Part shown: one piece after another, positions 31,569 through 42,420 of the stretch
Layout: every line of letters starts with the position of its first letter
How positions within the stretch are numbered: the first letter of the stretch is position 1
NCBI GenBank assembly: GCA_902516625.1
Contig: CABXYU010000004.1
Location: forward strand, 473 to 64,472
Length of the DNA stretch: 64,000 bases
DNA from: an uncultured Pelagibacteraceae bacterium
GTDB taxonomy: Bacteria > Pseudomonadota > Alphaproteobacteria > Pelagibacterales > Pelagibacteraceae
Direction: 5' to 3'
Program-made: the position numbers and the translations under genes
The notes under the pieces: generated by a model
What the model saw: only the letters and a program-made list of their open reading frames with translations
The model's database searches: none
What the model was told of the DNA's origin: nothing

Positions 31569-33616
31569 ACAATATCATTAATTATATCAGCTCTATCGTA
31601 TAATTTTATCAATGGTTTAAATTTTGAAATGTCTTCTTTTGACTTTTCAATTCTCTTTATTTCTTTTTCTGCAAGTAAAAATAAGTCATTATTATGTATC
31701 GGGTCTGCTAATTTAAAATTTTTGATACCACTTTGTTTAAATCCTAAAATATCTCCAAATCCTCTTATTTTCATATCTTCTTCTGAAATTATAAAGCCAT
31801 CATTATTCTTTTTCAAAATATTAATTCTTTTCTTTGCGTTTTCACTCAAATTTGATTTGAACATTAAAATACAAGTTGAGTCTTTTTTTCCTCTTCCTAC
31901 ACGACCTCGAAGTTGATGAAGCTGAGATAATCCAAACTTGTTTGCATTCTCAATAATAATCACGTTTGCATTTGGAAAATCAATTCCAACTTCTATTATC
32001 GTTGTTGAAACTAATATCTTAAACCTGTTATCCAAAAAATTATTTAAGATTTGTTCTTTTTCTTCTTGTGTGGTTTTGCCGTGAAGCAAAGATACTTGGT
32101 TTGGAAAAATCTTTTTAAGATATTCAAATTTTTTTATAGCCGATGAATGATCAATTTTTTTCGATTCTTCTATTAAAGGGCAAACCCAAAAAACCTGATT
32201 ATCTAAAGAAATTTCCTTCTTTATGAATTTTATAACTTCATCGATTTTATTTTCAAGTTTGCTGTAAGTTTTTATTGGTTTTCTTAGACTCGGTTTTTCA
32301 TTGATAATAGAAAGATCCATATCACCATATATTGTCATTGTTAAAGTTCTAGGTATAGGCGTTGCGGTCATTAACAGTACATCACAATCATTTCCACCTT
32401 TATCGGATAATTTTTTTCTTTGACTAACACCAAATTTATGTTGTTCATCTATTATAATTAATCCAAGCTTTTTAAAATTTACTTTTTTTTGAAAGATTGC
32501 ATGTGTACCAAAAATTAAATCAATTTTATGGTTAGTTAGATTATTAAGTATATTTATTTTATCCTTATAAATTGATTTACCTGAAATAAATCCAATACAT
32601 ATATCTTTAGGAAAAATTTTTTTTGCTAAATTAAAATGTTGTCTGGCTAGAATCTCAGTAGGTGCCATAATTGCAACTTGAAAACCAGAGTTAACAGTAT
32701 TGTAAGCGGATAATAAGGAGACAATAGTTTTTCCACTTCCCACATCACCCTGTAGAAGTCTAAACATTTTGCTAGACGAGGTTAAATCATTATTAATTTC
32801 ATTTAGGGACTTTAATTGATCATTAGTAAGTAAAAAATCTAGTTTTTTAATTAAAAATCTTTGTTTTTCGAAATTGATTATTTTTTTTTTCTTTTTATTT
32901 TTTTTTATTTTTTTTCTAATTTCTGAATTTACTAAAAATGTTGAAAAGATCTCGTCAAAAGCCAATCTTTGATAAAAATTTTTTTCAAAATTTCCAATAT
33001 TTTCTGGTTTGTGTAGTTCTTTTATTGATTCGTTCCAACAAATATTATCAAAATTTTTTAAGATATCTTTTGAGTGCCACTCGTCTAAAATTGGTAATTT
33101 TTCAATTATTTGAGAAATAATGTTATTATAAATTTTTTCTGAAATTCCTTCTGTTAGTGAATAGGTATTGTGCTTCTGTTTAATTAAAGATGAATCTTCA
33201 GAAATATATTTGGGATTTGTAATTTGGTATTTGTTTTTAAATCTTCCAATTTTTCCACTTATTGTAATTTCTTTACCTAAGGGTAAAATTTTTTTGATAT
33301 AACCTTCGTAGCTATTAAAGAAAATACAATCTAGTTCACCTGAATTATCTCTACAAGAGACTCTGTTAGGTAAATTTCGAATCCTTGGGAAATAATACTT
33401 CTGTGGGATTACAGTAACCGTTTGATTTTCACCAATTCTTAAATCTTTAATTTCAGAAGATAAACTTCTATCTGTGTAAGATTTTGGCAATTTCCACAAC
33501 AAGTCAAAAATATTATTAATATTTTTCTTTTTAAGTATTTTCACTGTTTTTGAGCCAACGCCCTTCAAAGCTGATAAATCTGATAAAAGAAATTTATAAT
33601 TACTTTTATTACCCAT
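31565..33616 (-). CDS. recG: ATP-dependent DNA helicase RecG
   Basis: QGDVGSGKT, DEQHKFG, TATPIPRT, QLRGRVGR. Confidence 0.95.
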   Translation of the reverse strand: MGNKSNYKFLLSDLSALKGVGSKTVKILKKKNINNIFDLLWKLPKSYTDRSLSSEIKDLRIGENQTVTVIPQKYYFPRIRNLPNRVSCRDNSGELDCIFFNSYEGYIKKILPLGKEITISGKIGRFKNKYQITNPKYISEDSSLIKQKHNTYSLTEGISEKIYNNIISQIIEKLPILDEWHSKDILKNFDNICWNESIKELHKPENIGNFEKNFYQRLAFDEIFSTFLVNSEIRKKIKKNKKKKKIINFEKQRFLIKKLDFLLTNDQLKSLNEINNDLTSSSKMFRLLQGDVGSGKTIVSLLSAYNTVNSGFQVAIMAPTEILARQHFNLAKKIFPKDICIGFISGKSIYKDKINILNNLTNHKIDLIFGTHAIFQKKVNFKKLGLIIIDEQHKFGVSQRKKLSDKGGNDCDVLLMTATPIPRTLTMTIYGDMDLSIINEKPSLRKPIKTYSKLENKIDEVIKFIKKEISLDNQVFWVCPLIEESKKIDHSSAIKKFEYLKKIFPNQVSLLHGKTTQEEKEQILNNFLDNRFKILVSTTIIEVGIDFPNANVIIIENANKFGLSQLHQLRGRVGRGKKDSTCILMFKSNLSENAKKRINILKKNNDGFIISEEDMKIRGFGDILGFKQSGIKNFKLADPIHNNDLFLLAEKEIKRIEKSKEDISKFKPLIKLYDRADIINDIV

Positions 33617-33638
33617 TATCTACTAATATATTCTAATT

Positions 33639-33905
33639 ATGAATTTTGATACAGATCATTTGAAAAAAAAAATTATATATCGTTCTAATTATCGTGGTAC
33701 AAAAGAAATGGATAAACTACTTGGTGCTTTTATCAAAAAATATATTAATACAATATCTACTCAAGATTTAGTAGATTTGGAAAAATTACTTAATGTAGAT
33801 GACGATAATTTATTCAACTTTTATAAAGGTTTAAAAACTGATATTATATTTGAAAAAAATAATATAAATAATCTTTTTCAAAATTTTAAGTACAATGTTA
33901 AATAA
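33639..33905 (+). CDS. sdhE: Succinate dehydrogenase assembly factor (SdhE/Sdh5)
   Basis: RGTKEMD (RGxxE motif); divergent from recG. Confidence 0.85.
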   Translation: MNFDTDHLKKKIIYRSNYRGTKEMDKLLGAFIKKYINTISTQDLVDLEKLLNVDDDNLFNFYKGLKTDIIFEKNNINNLFQNFKYNVK

Positions 33906-33908
33906 ATG

Positions 33909-33998
33909 TGGCGGAGAGACTGGGATTCGAACCCAGGAAAGAGTTGCCCCTTTGCCGGTTTTCAAGACCGGTGCTTTCAACCGCTCAGCCATCTCTCC
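33909..33998 (-). tRNA. tRNA-Ser(UGA)
   Basis: 90-nt cloverleaf with long variable arm; anticodon arm CCGGT-CTTGAAA-ACCGG; CCA end. Confidence 0.96.
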
Positions 33999-34084
33999 TA
34001 CTAGGATCTTTTATTATTAAAAATATTTAATTCAACAATAAAATAGTCTAATTAACATAAGTATTATCAATTCATAAAATTTAT

Positions 34085-34963
34085 ATGAAAAAAGATTTTA
34101 ATAAAGGATTATTACTAACATCTTTAGGATCATTTTGGTGGGGATTTGTTGGTGTAATATATTTTGAATATGTTGCATTTATTGGTCACATAGAATTAGT
34201 AGTACATAGATGTTTGTGGACTGCTGTTATGCTAATCTTAACAACTTCTTTTTTTTCAAAATGGAAATTATTTATTAAAGTTGCTTCGAATAAAAAAAAC
34301 CTAATAGGATTATTTATATCTGGTTTTTTAATATTCATAAATTGGGCAGTATGGATTTATGCAGTAGCTTCAGAAAGAATTATAGATGCAAGTTTCGGCT
34401 ATTTTATAATGCCTATTATAAGTGTTTTGCTTGGGTATATATTTTTTAATGAAAATCTAAATAATAAAAGAATTATATCTATTTTTTTAGTTTTAATTTC
34501 AATTTTTATTCTAATTTTCTTTAACTTAAAGTCGTTGCCTTGGGTAGGTATCATTGTTGCTTTAAGTTGGGCGTTTTATAATTTAGTAAGAAAAAAAATT
34601 AATGTTGATACAGATATTGGTTTACTTATTGAGAGTTTATATATTTTACCTTTTGCATTAATAGTTTTTTATTTGATTGCATCAAAAGGAATGAATGATT
34701 TTAATTTGACAAAACCAGGATTGAGCTTAATTTTGATTTTAGCTGGTCCTATGACTGTAATTCCTTTATTCTTATATGTAAGAGGTGTTGAGCTAATAGG
34801 ATTGGGTCCAACAGGAATGATTTTTTATATAACTCCAACATTACAGTTTTTATTAGGTTATTTTTATTATAATGAGGATTTTTCATTGGTTAAATTCGTA
34901 AGTTTTATTATTATTTGGATAGCGGTAATAATATATTTAAAAGATCTTTATGAAACAAATTAA
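34085..34963 (+). CDS. rarD: EamA/DMT permease, RarD family
   Basis: NWAVWIYAV..DASFGYFIMP, YITPTLQF. Confidence 0.8.
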   Translation: MKKDFNKGLLLTSLGSFWWGFVGVIYFEYVAFIGHIELVVHRCLWTAVMLILTTSFFSKWKLFIKVASNKKNLIGLFISGFLIFINWAVWIYAVASERIIDASFGYFIMPIISVLLGYIFFNENLNNKRIISIFLVLISIFILIFFNLKSLPWVGIIVALSWAFYNLVRKKINVDTDIGLLIESLYILPFALIVFYLIASKGMNDFNLTKPGLSLILILAGPMTVIPLFLYVRGVELIGLGPTGMIFYITPTLQFLLGYFYYNEDFSLVKFVSFIIIWIAVIIYLKDLYETN

Positions 34964-35951
34964 TACATTAATCTTATCAATAATTTTGTTTTTTTCTGTA
35001 GCGCATTCAGAGGAAAATATAGAATTTAATCAATGGAAGGTTCAATTTAAAAAAACTGCTTTAGCAAATAACATCTCTGAAAGTACTTTTGATAAAGTTA
35101 TGACCAATGTAAGATTTTTGCCAAAAGTAATTGAATACGACAGGTTTCAACCAGAATTTTATGAAGATACAAAAACTTATATATCAAAACGAACTTCAAA
35201 AAAAAAAGTTTCTAAAGGTTTGGATTTTTATAAAAATAAAAATGATTTAATAAATAAAATCGAAAAAATATATTCAATTGAAAAAGAACTTTTACTAGCT
35301 TTAATGGGCATTGAAACAAATTATGGTTCTTATGTTGGTAAAATGGATATTTTGTCTTCGTTAGCGACTTTGAGTTTTGATAAGAGGAGGTCAAAGTTTT
35401 TTACTAATGAACTTTTAATTTTATTAAGATTAATAGAAAAAGAACAAATAGATTATAAAACTCTTTATGGTTCTTGGGCCGGGGCTTTTGGTTTTTTTCA
35501 ATTTATGCCTTCAACAATAAAGAATTATGCCATTGATTTTAATAATGATAATTATATAGATTTAAAAAATCCATATGATGCCTATGCTTCTGCGGCTAAT
35601 TATTTGAGCGCTATGGGTTGGAAAAAAAACTCACCATGCTTCATAAGAATCGAATTAGATCAAGATATTAATAAGAAATATTTAAATGTTTCAGCCAAAA
35701 AACTTATAAACCAAAAAAAACTCAAATTTTTTAAAAAATATATCAGAAATGTTAATGACCTAAAAAATTTAGATGAAAATCTCAAAGTAGCAATAATAAC
35801 ACCTGATAAAGACATAATACCTGGTGCCGAAAAATTAAAACCAGCTTATATTGTTTTTCAAAACTACGAGATAATTCTTAAATGGAATCGTTCTCTTAGA
35901 TTTGGATTAGCTGTATGTACCTTAAAAGATAAATTAGCAAATGAAATTTAG
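34950..35951 (+). CDS. Lytic murein transglycosylase (MltB/SLT_2 family)
   Basis: GIETNYG, GSWAGAFG..QFMPS, SAANYL, WNRS. Confidence 0.9.
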   Translation: MKQINTLILSIILFFSVAHSEENIEFNQWKVQFKKTALANNISESTFDKVMTNVRFLPKVIEYDRFQPEFYEDTKTYISKRTSKKKVSKGLDFYKNKNDLINKIEKIYSIEKELLLALMGIETNYGSYVGKMDILSSLATLSFDKRRSKFFTNELLILLRLIEKEQIDYKTLYGSWAGAFGFFQFMPSTIKNYAIDFNNDNYIDLKNPYDAYASAANYLSAMGWKKNSPCFIRIELDQDINKKYLNVSAKKLINQKKLKFFKKYIRNVNDLKNLDENLKVAIITPDKDIIPGAEKLKPAYIVFQNYEIILKWNRSLRFGLAVCTLKDKLANEI

Positions 35952-36690
35952 ATTATTATTAATTACTCTTTATTCGTTATTTTTAGCCAATTGTGAAACT
36001 ACTAAACAAAATAAAACTCAACTAAATTTAGAATTTAAACCAAAATACACAAACTCTGGTTTTGCTTTAGTTTACAACGAAAAACTCATAAATATTAAAA
36101 AACTCGAAAATAGATCTTTAAAAATTTATCACAAATCATTAAAAAAAAAATCCCAAGTAAAAATAACAAATCCAAAAAATGGTAATAGCTTAATAGCTGA
36201 AGTAAAATCTAATAAAATTAAATTTTCACCTTTTTATAATTCTATATTGAGCTCTCGTATAGCAGAAGATTTAGATTTAGACTTAAAAGAACCGTATATA
36301 GAAATAATTTCAATATCAAAAAATTCAATGTTTATTGCAAAAAAAGCAAAAACTTTTGATGAAGAAAGATCAGTTGCTGAAAAAGCACCAATAGATGGTA
36401 TTCAAATTAATGATTTGAATTCTAAGCCCAAAAAAAACAAAAAGGTTTTTAAAAAGAATTTTTCATATTCAATTAAAGTAGCTGATTTTTATTATAAAAA
36501 AACTGCAGAAATGATGAAAGAAAGAATTAAAGATGAAACTTCATTAAATAAACTTACGATAATTAAGTTATCACCAACTAAATATAGGGTATTAATAGGC
36601 CCTTTTAATGATATAAAAACTTTAAAAGAATCTTTTGAAAAAATGAATTTATTAAATTTTGAAAATTTAGAAATTTTAAAGAATGCATAA
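35941..36690 (+). CDS. RlpA-like lipoprotein with C-terminal SPOR domain (divergent)
   Basis: Lipobox LANC; VKITNPKNG; SPOR-like YRVLIGPF; sits between mltB and dacA. Confidence 0.65.
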   Translation: MKFRLLLITLYSLFLANCETTKQNKTQLNLEFKPKYTNSGFALVYNEKLINIKKLENRSLKIYHKSLKKKSQVKITNPKNGNSLIAEVKSNKIKFSPFYNSILSSRIAEDLDLDLKEPYIEIISISKNSMFIAKKAKTFDEERSVAEKAPIDGIQINDLNSKPKKNKKVFKKNFSYSIKVADFYYKKTAEMMKERIKDETSLNKLTIIKLSPTKYRVLIGPFNDIKTLKESFEKMNLLNFENLEILKNA

Positions 36691-37834
36691 GTATATAATT
36701 TTTATTTTTTTTATATTTTTTTTTCCTTTAAAAAATTTAAGTGCGAATATTGATATAAAAGCGAGAACTGCAATACTTCAAGATTTTTTATCAGGTGAAA
36801 TTTTATTTGAGAAAGACCCTGATAGATCTATTTATCCTGCCTCTATGACTAAAATAATGACAAGCATAATTGCTTTTGACTTAATTAAATCTGGTGATTT
36901 AAGACTAGATGAAAAATTTATTATTTCTGAAAAAGCTTGGCGTTTGTCTACTGCTGGATATTCATCAATGTTTGTAATGGTTGGAGACGAAGTAACGGTA
37001 GAAGATTTGTTAAAAGGGATAATCATAGCCTCTGGAAATGATGCCTGTATTGCCTTAGCTGAAGGTATAGCAGGAACAGAGGAAGAGTTTGCTTTAATGA
37101 TGACAATAAAAGCAAAAGAACTTGGAATGGAAAATACTAATTTTGCTAATTCTTCGGGAATTAATGATCCAGATAACTATTCGACAGTAAGAGACATAAT
37201 GATTATGTCGAATTATTTAATTAGAGAATATCCTGAGTATTACAAGTGGTTCAGTGAGAAAGAATTTACTTGGGACAGAACAGGGGGTGATCCTATAACT
37301 CAAGGCAATCGTAATCCGTTATTGTATAAGAATTTGGGTGCAGATGGTATTAAAACTGGTTATTTAGCAGTTGAAAGGTATTCACTTGCTTCGTCTCTTG
37401 AAAGAAAGGGAAGAAGACTAGTTGCTGTTGGAAGTGGTTTTGAAACAAAAAATTTAAGATCTAGAGAAAGTTCAAAGCTTTTAATCTATGGATTAACAAA
37501 TTATGATTTAGTTGAAATAACTAAAGCAGAAAAACTTTTCGATAAGGTTGAAGTTTGGCAAGGAAAAAAAGACTTTGTTGATGTTTATACAAAAGAAGAT
37601 ATCTATAAAACAATAAAAAAAGGTCAAAAAAAAAAACTAAAAATTAAAGTTTCTTATACCGGCCCAATTGAAGCTCCAATTAAAAAGGATCAGATTTTAG
37701 CAAAACTAAGAATTATTTATGACCAAGAATTATTAGGCGAGTATGACTTACATGCTGCAACAGAAATTAAAAGAGTAAATGTTTTTTCTAGATTAATTAA
37801 ATCTTTGAATTATCTGATTTGGGGTGATGTCTAA
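36683..37834 (+). CDS. dacA: D-alanyl-D-alanine carboxypeptidase
   Basis: ASMTK, SGN, KTG penicillin-binding motifs. Confidence 0.9.
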   Translation: MHKYIIFIFFIFFFPLKNLSANIDIKARTAILQDFLSGEILFEKDPDRSIYPASMTKIMTSIIAFDLIKSGDLRLDEKFIISEKAWRLSTAGYSSMFVMVGDEVTVEDLLKGIIIASGNDACIALAEGIAGTEEEFALMMTIKAKELGMENTNFANSSGINDPDNYSTVRDIMIMSNYLIREYPEYYKWFSEKEFTWDRTGGDPITQGNRNPLLYKNLGADGIKTGYLAVERYSLASSLERKGRRLVAVGSGFETKNLRSRESSKLLIYGLTNYDLVEITKAEKLFDKVEVWQGKKDFVDVYTKEDIYKTIKKGQKKKLKIKVSYTGPIEAPIKKDQILAKLRIIYDQELLGEYDLHAATEIKRVNVFSRLIKSLNYLIWGDV

Positions 37835-38441
37835 AAAACCCATCATAGTTTTTGAAGGTATAGAGGGAAGTGGAAAAAGTTCGCATATAAATTTTGTATC
37901 AAATTACCTTAAAAAAAAAAAAATTAAATTTATCAAAATAAGGGAACCTGGAGGAAGTAAAAGTTCAGAAAAAATAAGAAGATTAATTCTTAATAATAAA
38001 TCAGATTTTAATAAATCAACAGATTTATTATTATATCTAGCTGCAAGAAGTGAAAATTTGTCACTTCTTAAAAAAAATTATAAAAAAAAGATAATACTTA
38101 TTGATAGATTTGTAGACTCAACAATTGCATACCAACATTATGGTTTTGGTGTCGATTTATCTTTAATTGAAAAAATAAATAGATATCTACTAAAGAATAT
38201 TAAAATTACCTTTACTTTTTTAAATATAGTAAATCAAAAAAATATGTTAACTAGGTTAAAAAAGAGAAAAAAACTTAATAGATACGACAAGTTTAATTTT
38301 ATCTTTTATAATAAAGTTCAAAAGGGATTTCTTAAATTAGCTAAAAGAAAAACCAAGATTTATAAAATTGTTGACTCAAATAAAGATTTAAAAAAAAATA
38401 AAGAAATTATATTAAATAAAGTTAAAATGTTAATAAAATGA
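37827..38441 (+). CDS. tmk: Thymidylate kinase
   Basis: EGIEGSGKS, REPGG, DRF..STIAYQ. Confidence 0.93.
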   Translation: MSKKPIIVFEGIEGSGKSSHINFVSNYLKKKKIKFIKIREPGGSKSSEKIRRLILNNKSDFNKSTDLLLYLAARSENLSLLKKNYKKKIILIDRFVDSTIAYQHYGFGVDLSLIEKINRYLLKNIKITFTFLNIVNQKNMLTRLKKRKKLNRYDKFNFIFYNKVQKGFLKLAKRKTKIYKIVDSNKDLKKNKEIILNKVKMLIK

Positions 38442-39358
38442 ATTTTAGACCAGAAAATCAAACAAGGCTTTTTGGTTTAAGAAAATTCTTAAATGAATTG
38501 ATTGAATTATATAATACAAAAAGGTTACCAAATAAGATTTTATTATCAGGTCAAAAAGGTTTAGGCAAATGTACAATGGCCTATCATTTAATTAATTATA
38601 TTTTGTCTAACGGGGAGGAGTTTTCTTATGATACTAACAAAAATGAAATTAATTTACTAAATAGATCTTTTAAATTAGTTCAAAACGAATCAAACATGAA
38701 TTTTAATCTGATTGATATTAATTTAGATAAAAAGAATATTGATATAAATCAGATTAGAACATTAATTCAAAATCTAAGAAAATCGTCATTTAATAATAAG
38801 CCAAGATTTATTTTAATTGATAATCTTGAATTTTTAAACAAAAATTCAATTAATGCTCTTTTAAAGATATTAGAAGAGCCTAATGATAATATCTATTTTA
38901 TTATGATAAATAATAACAAAAAAATTTTACCAACTTTAAGATCAAGATTTTTAGATTTTAAAATTTTTTTATCAAATGAAGAAGCACAATTAGTGTGTAA
39001 TGATTTATTAGGTGGAAATTTATCACAATATATCAATGAAGAATTCTTAGATTATTACATAACACCTGGAAAAATATTAAATTTAATCAAATTTTCAGAG
39101 GAAAATTCCATTGATTTGAAAAGATCTAATTTAAATGAATTTTTAACTGTTATAATCGAAAAATCATATTATAAAAAAGATAGTTCAATAAAATATTTTA
39201 TTAACGATTTTTTTGAACTTTTTTTATCAAAAAATGTTTCGTCGAAATATTTAGATTTCAGAAATTATTTTTTAAAACAAATAAATTATATAAAAAGATA
39301 TAACCTTGATGAAGAGTCGTTGTTTATTGAATTTAAAAATAAACTTTTAAATGGATAA
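38438..39358 (+). CDS. holB: DNA polymerase III subunit delta'
   Basis: GQKGLGK, NALLKILEEP, LPTLRSR; tmk-holB-metG order. Confidence 0.85.
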   Translation: MNFRPENQTRLFGLRKFLNELIELYNTKRLPNKILLSGQKGLGKCTMAYHLINYILSNGEEFSYDTNKNEINLLNRSFKLVQNESNMNFNLIDINLDKKNIDINQIRTLIQNLRKSSFNNKPRFILIDNLEFLNKNSINALLKILEEPNDNIYFIMINNNKKILPTLRSRFLDFKIFLSNEEAQLVCNDLLGGNLSQYINEEFLDYYITPGKILNLIKFSEENSIDLKRSNLNEFLTVIIEKSYYKKDSSIKYFINDFFELFLSKNVSSKYLDFRNYFLKQINYIKRYNLDEESLFIEFKNKLLNG

Positions 39359-40892
39359 AAATTTTTACATTACCACGCCAATCTATTACCCATCTGCTAA
39401 ACCACATATGGGTCATGCTTATTCAAGTATTATCGCAGATTTTTTTGCAAGATTTAAGAAAATTGATGGATATGATGTCTTCTTCTTAACCGGAACAGAT
39501 GAACACGGTTTAAAGATACAACGGGCAGCTGAAAAAAAAGGAGTTGAACCATTAGAATTTTGTGATGAAATAAGTCAGACTTTTAAAGATTTATCAAAAG
39601 TTTTAAATTTAACAAATACAGATTTTATAAGAACAACAGAGAAGCGTCATAAAATATCAGTTCAGAATTTATGGGATCAATTAAAAAAAAATGAGGATAT
39701 TTATCTATCTAAATATTCTGGATGGTATTCTATATCAGACGAGGCGTTTTACTCAGAAGATGAAATAGAGGAAATCGAAGGCAATAAAAGATCAATTTCA
39801 TCAAAATCATCTGTTGAATGGGTCGATGAGGAATCTTTTTTTTTTAAATTATCAAAATGGGAAAAACCATTACTTAATTTTTACGATGAAAATCCTAACT
39901 TTATATTACCTGAGTCCAGAAAAAATGAAGTAATTAGTTTTGTCAAAAATGGACTAAAAGATCTTTCTGTAAGTAGAAAAAGTTTTTCATGGGGTATTAA
40001 AGTTCCTGGTAACGAAGATCATGTAATATATGTATGGCTTGATGCATTAACCAATTATATCAGTGCACTAAATTATCCAGATAAAAAAGATAATTTATTT
40101 AAAAAATTTTGGCCAGCATCTATTCATCTTATTGGAAAAGATATCCTAAGATTTCACGCTGTTTATTGGCCTGCATTTTTAATGGCAGCAAAAATACCAT
40201 TGCCAAAAAAAGTTTATGGTCATGGGTGGATTCTTTCTGGTGAGGAAAAAATGTCTAAATCAAAAGGAAATATTTTGGATCCATTAGAAATTATCAAAAT
40301 TTATGGTTTAGATCCATTACGTTATTATCTCATAAAAGAAGTTTCGTTTGGAAACGATGGAAATATCTCTAAAGAGAGATTGGAAGATTGTATAAATAGT
40401 GATTTAGCTAATAATTATGGAAATCTTTGTCAAAGAGTCACCACTTTCGCTATTAAGAATTGTAATGGAAAAATTCCAAATGAAATTGATTTTAGTGAGG
40501 TAGATTTAAAACTTTTAAATAAATTTAAATCAAATTTAGAAAATTTAAGATATAAAATTGATAATCAAGATATAAATTATTATATAAATTTTATTGTAGA
40601 ATGTTTATTCGAAACGAACAAATATTTTAATGATCAGGAGCCATGGAAAAAGAAAGATCAGAAAATAAGGTTAAATACAATTGTATATACTACCTTAGAA
40701 GTAGTGAGAAAGATAAGTTTTATGTTATTTCCAATAATTCCCCATTCAGCTTTAAAAGCATTAAAAATTTTTAACATTAATGAAGAAGAAATAATCTTTT
40801 CAACTATAGAAAATCACGAATACTTGAAAAGAGGTAGCTCTATAAATAGTATAGATATTCTTTTTAAAAAAATTGAGAAAGAAAATGATTGA
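39351..40892 (+). CDS. metG: Methionine--tRNA ligase
   Basis: PHMGH, YVWLDAL, KMSKS. Confidence 0.96.
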   Translation: MDKNFYITTPIYYPSAKPHMGHAYSSIIADFFARFKKIDGYDVFFLTGTDEHGLKIQRAAEKKGVEPLEFCDEISQTFKDLSKVLNLTNTDFIRTTEKRHKISVQNLWDQLKKNEDIYLSKYSGWYSISDEAFYSEDEIEEIEGNKRSISSKSSVEWVDEESFFFKLSKWEKPLLNFYDENPNFILPESRKNEVISFVKNGLKDLSVSRKSFSWGIKVPGNEDHVIYVWLDALTNYISALNYPDKKDNLFKKFWPASIHLIGKDILRFHAVYWPAFLMAAKIPLPKKVYGHGWILSGEEKMSKSKGNILDPLEIIKIYGLDPLRYYLIKEVSFGNDGNISKERLEDCINSDLANNYGNLCQRVTTFAIKNCNGKIPNEIDFSEVDLKLLNKFKSNLENLRYKIDNQDINYYINFIVECLFETNKYFNDQEPWKKKDQKIRLNTIVYTTLEVVRKISFMLFPIIPHSALKALKIFNINEEEIIFSTIENHEYLKRGSSINSIDILFKKIEKEND

Positions 40893-41643
40893 TTCACATT
40901 GCCATCTAGATCACGAACCACTATTAAGTAACTTAAAAACTGTAATTGAAAAATCTAAATTAGCTGGAATAAGTAAAATTTTAACAATTTGTACAACAAT
41001 AAATAGCTTTGATGCTATAAAACAAATTATTTTAAAAGATGAAATGATTTATGGAACATTTGGTATTCATCCTCATGAGGTTAAAAACAACAAAATAACT
41101 TTAGAACATATCTTAAAGGAAGTTCGTCAAAATAAAAAAATTATTGGTGTAGGGGAAACCGGATTAGATTTTTACTACAATAACAGTGAGAAAAATAAGC
41201 AAATTGAAAGTTTTATGAGACACATTCAAGCTTCATTAGAATTAGATATTCCTATAATAGTTCATTCTAGAAATGCAGAAAAGGAAACCTTTGAAATTTT
41301 AAACGAATATAGGGATAAAAAACCTAAAATTTTGATGCATTGCTTCACAGGCTCAAAAAGTTTTGCAAAAAAACTATTTGATTTAGATGCATATTTTTCT
41401 GCTAGCGGGATTATCACTTTTAAAAACTCTACAGAGCTTCAAGACACTTTTAAAATTATTCCACTAAATCGGTTATTAATTGAGACAGACAGTCCTTTTT
41501 TAGCACCAGAACCAAAAAGGGGGAAAAAAAATGAACCATCTTTCATAAAATACACTGCAGAAAAACTTGCTTTTATTAAAGAAATTCCAAATAAAAAGTT
41601 AATTGAATTAACTTCAAATAATTTCAATAAACTATTTAATTAA
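40885..41643 (+). CDS. tatD: TatD-family deoxyribonuclease
   Basis: DSHCHL, GETGLD, HCF, ETDSP; start trimmed to MIDSHCH. Confidence 0.9.
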   Translation: MIDSHCHLDHEPLLSNLKTVIEKSKLAGISKILTICTTINSFDAIKQIILKDEMIYGTFGIHPHEVKNNKITLEHILKEVRQNKKIIGVGETGLDFYYNNSEKNKQIESFMRHIQASLELDIPIIVHSRNAEKETFEILNEYRDKKPKILMHCFTGSKSFAKKLFDLDAYFSASGIITFKNSTELQDTFKIIPLNRLLIETDSPFLAPEPKRGKKNEPSFIKYTAEKLAFIKEIPNKKLIELTSNNFNKLFN

Positions 41644-41649
41644 AAAACT

Positions 41650-42420
41650 ATGAAGTTTATTATACTTGGGTGTGGTAGTTCAATGGGAGTGCCAAGACCC
41701 GATGGTTTTTTTGGTAATTGCGATCCTAAAAACCAAAAAAACTATAGAACAAGATGCTCTGCACTTTTACAAACGAGAACTGAAAATATATTAATCGATA
41801 CTTCTCCTGATTTACGCCAACAATTACTAAGACATAATATCAAAAAAATAGATAAAGTTTATTATTCTCATATGCACGCTGATCAAACTCATGGTATAAA
41901 TGACCTAAGATCATTTTTCATTAATAGTCAAAAACAAATTAATGTATATGCTGATAGTGCTACTTCAAAATATCTAAAACATAATTTTTCTTATTGTTTT
42001 AAAAGTTTTTCAAAAGAATACCCTGCAACTTTAAAATTAAATAAGATTAAAAAAAATTTAATATCGTTTGATAATAATAAAAAAGTTTATATCAAACCAA
42101 TTTTAGTAGAACATGGAAAAGTACAATCAATATGTTACATAATTAATAAAAAAATTGCTTATATAACCGATGTAAGTGAAATCTATAAAAAAGATTTCCA
42201 ACATTTTAAAAATCTTAATTATCTAATCATAGATTGTCTTTGGTATAAATATCATCCATCTCATTTGAATTTAGAAAAATCTTTGTATTTTATAAAAAAA
42301 TTTAAGCCAAAAAAAGCAATTTTATCTAATCTTTCACCAGTTTTAGATTATAAACAACTTAAAGAACTTTTACCAAGTAATGTAGTTCCAGCTCATGATG
42401 GTTTGACAATTTCTTTATAA
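41650..42420 (+). CDS. MBL-fold metallohydrolase (PhnP-like)
   Basis: LGCGSS.GVP, HMHADQTHG. Confidence 0.85.
   Translation: MKFIILGCGSSMGVPRPDGFFGNCDPKNQKNYRTRCSALLQTRTENILIDTSPDLRQQLLRHNIKKIDKVYYSHMHADQTHGINDLRSFFINSQKQINVYADSATSKYLKHNFSYCFKSFSKEYPATLKLNKIKKNLISFDNNKKVYIKPILVEHGKVQSICYIINKKIAYITDVSEIYKKDFQHFKNLNYLIIDCLWYKYHPSHLNLEKSLYFIKKFKPKKAILSNLSPVLDYKQLKELLPSNVVPAHDGLTISL

Noticed and set aside
34050-34077. XerD-arm-like TTATGTTAATT on the - strand near tRNA-Ser
   Set aside because: No XerC-like arm at 6-bp spacing, so not a canonical dif
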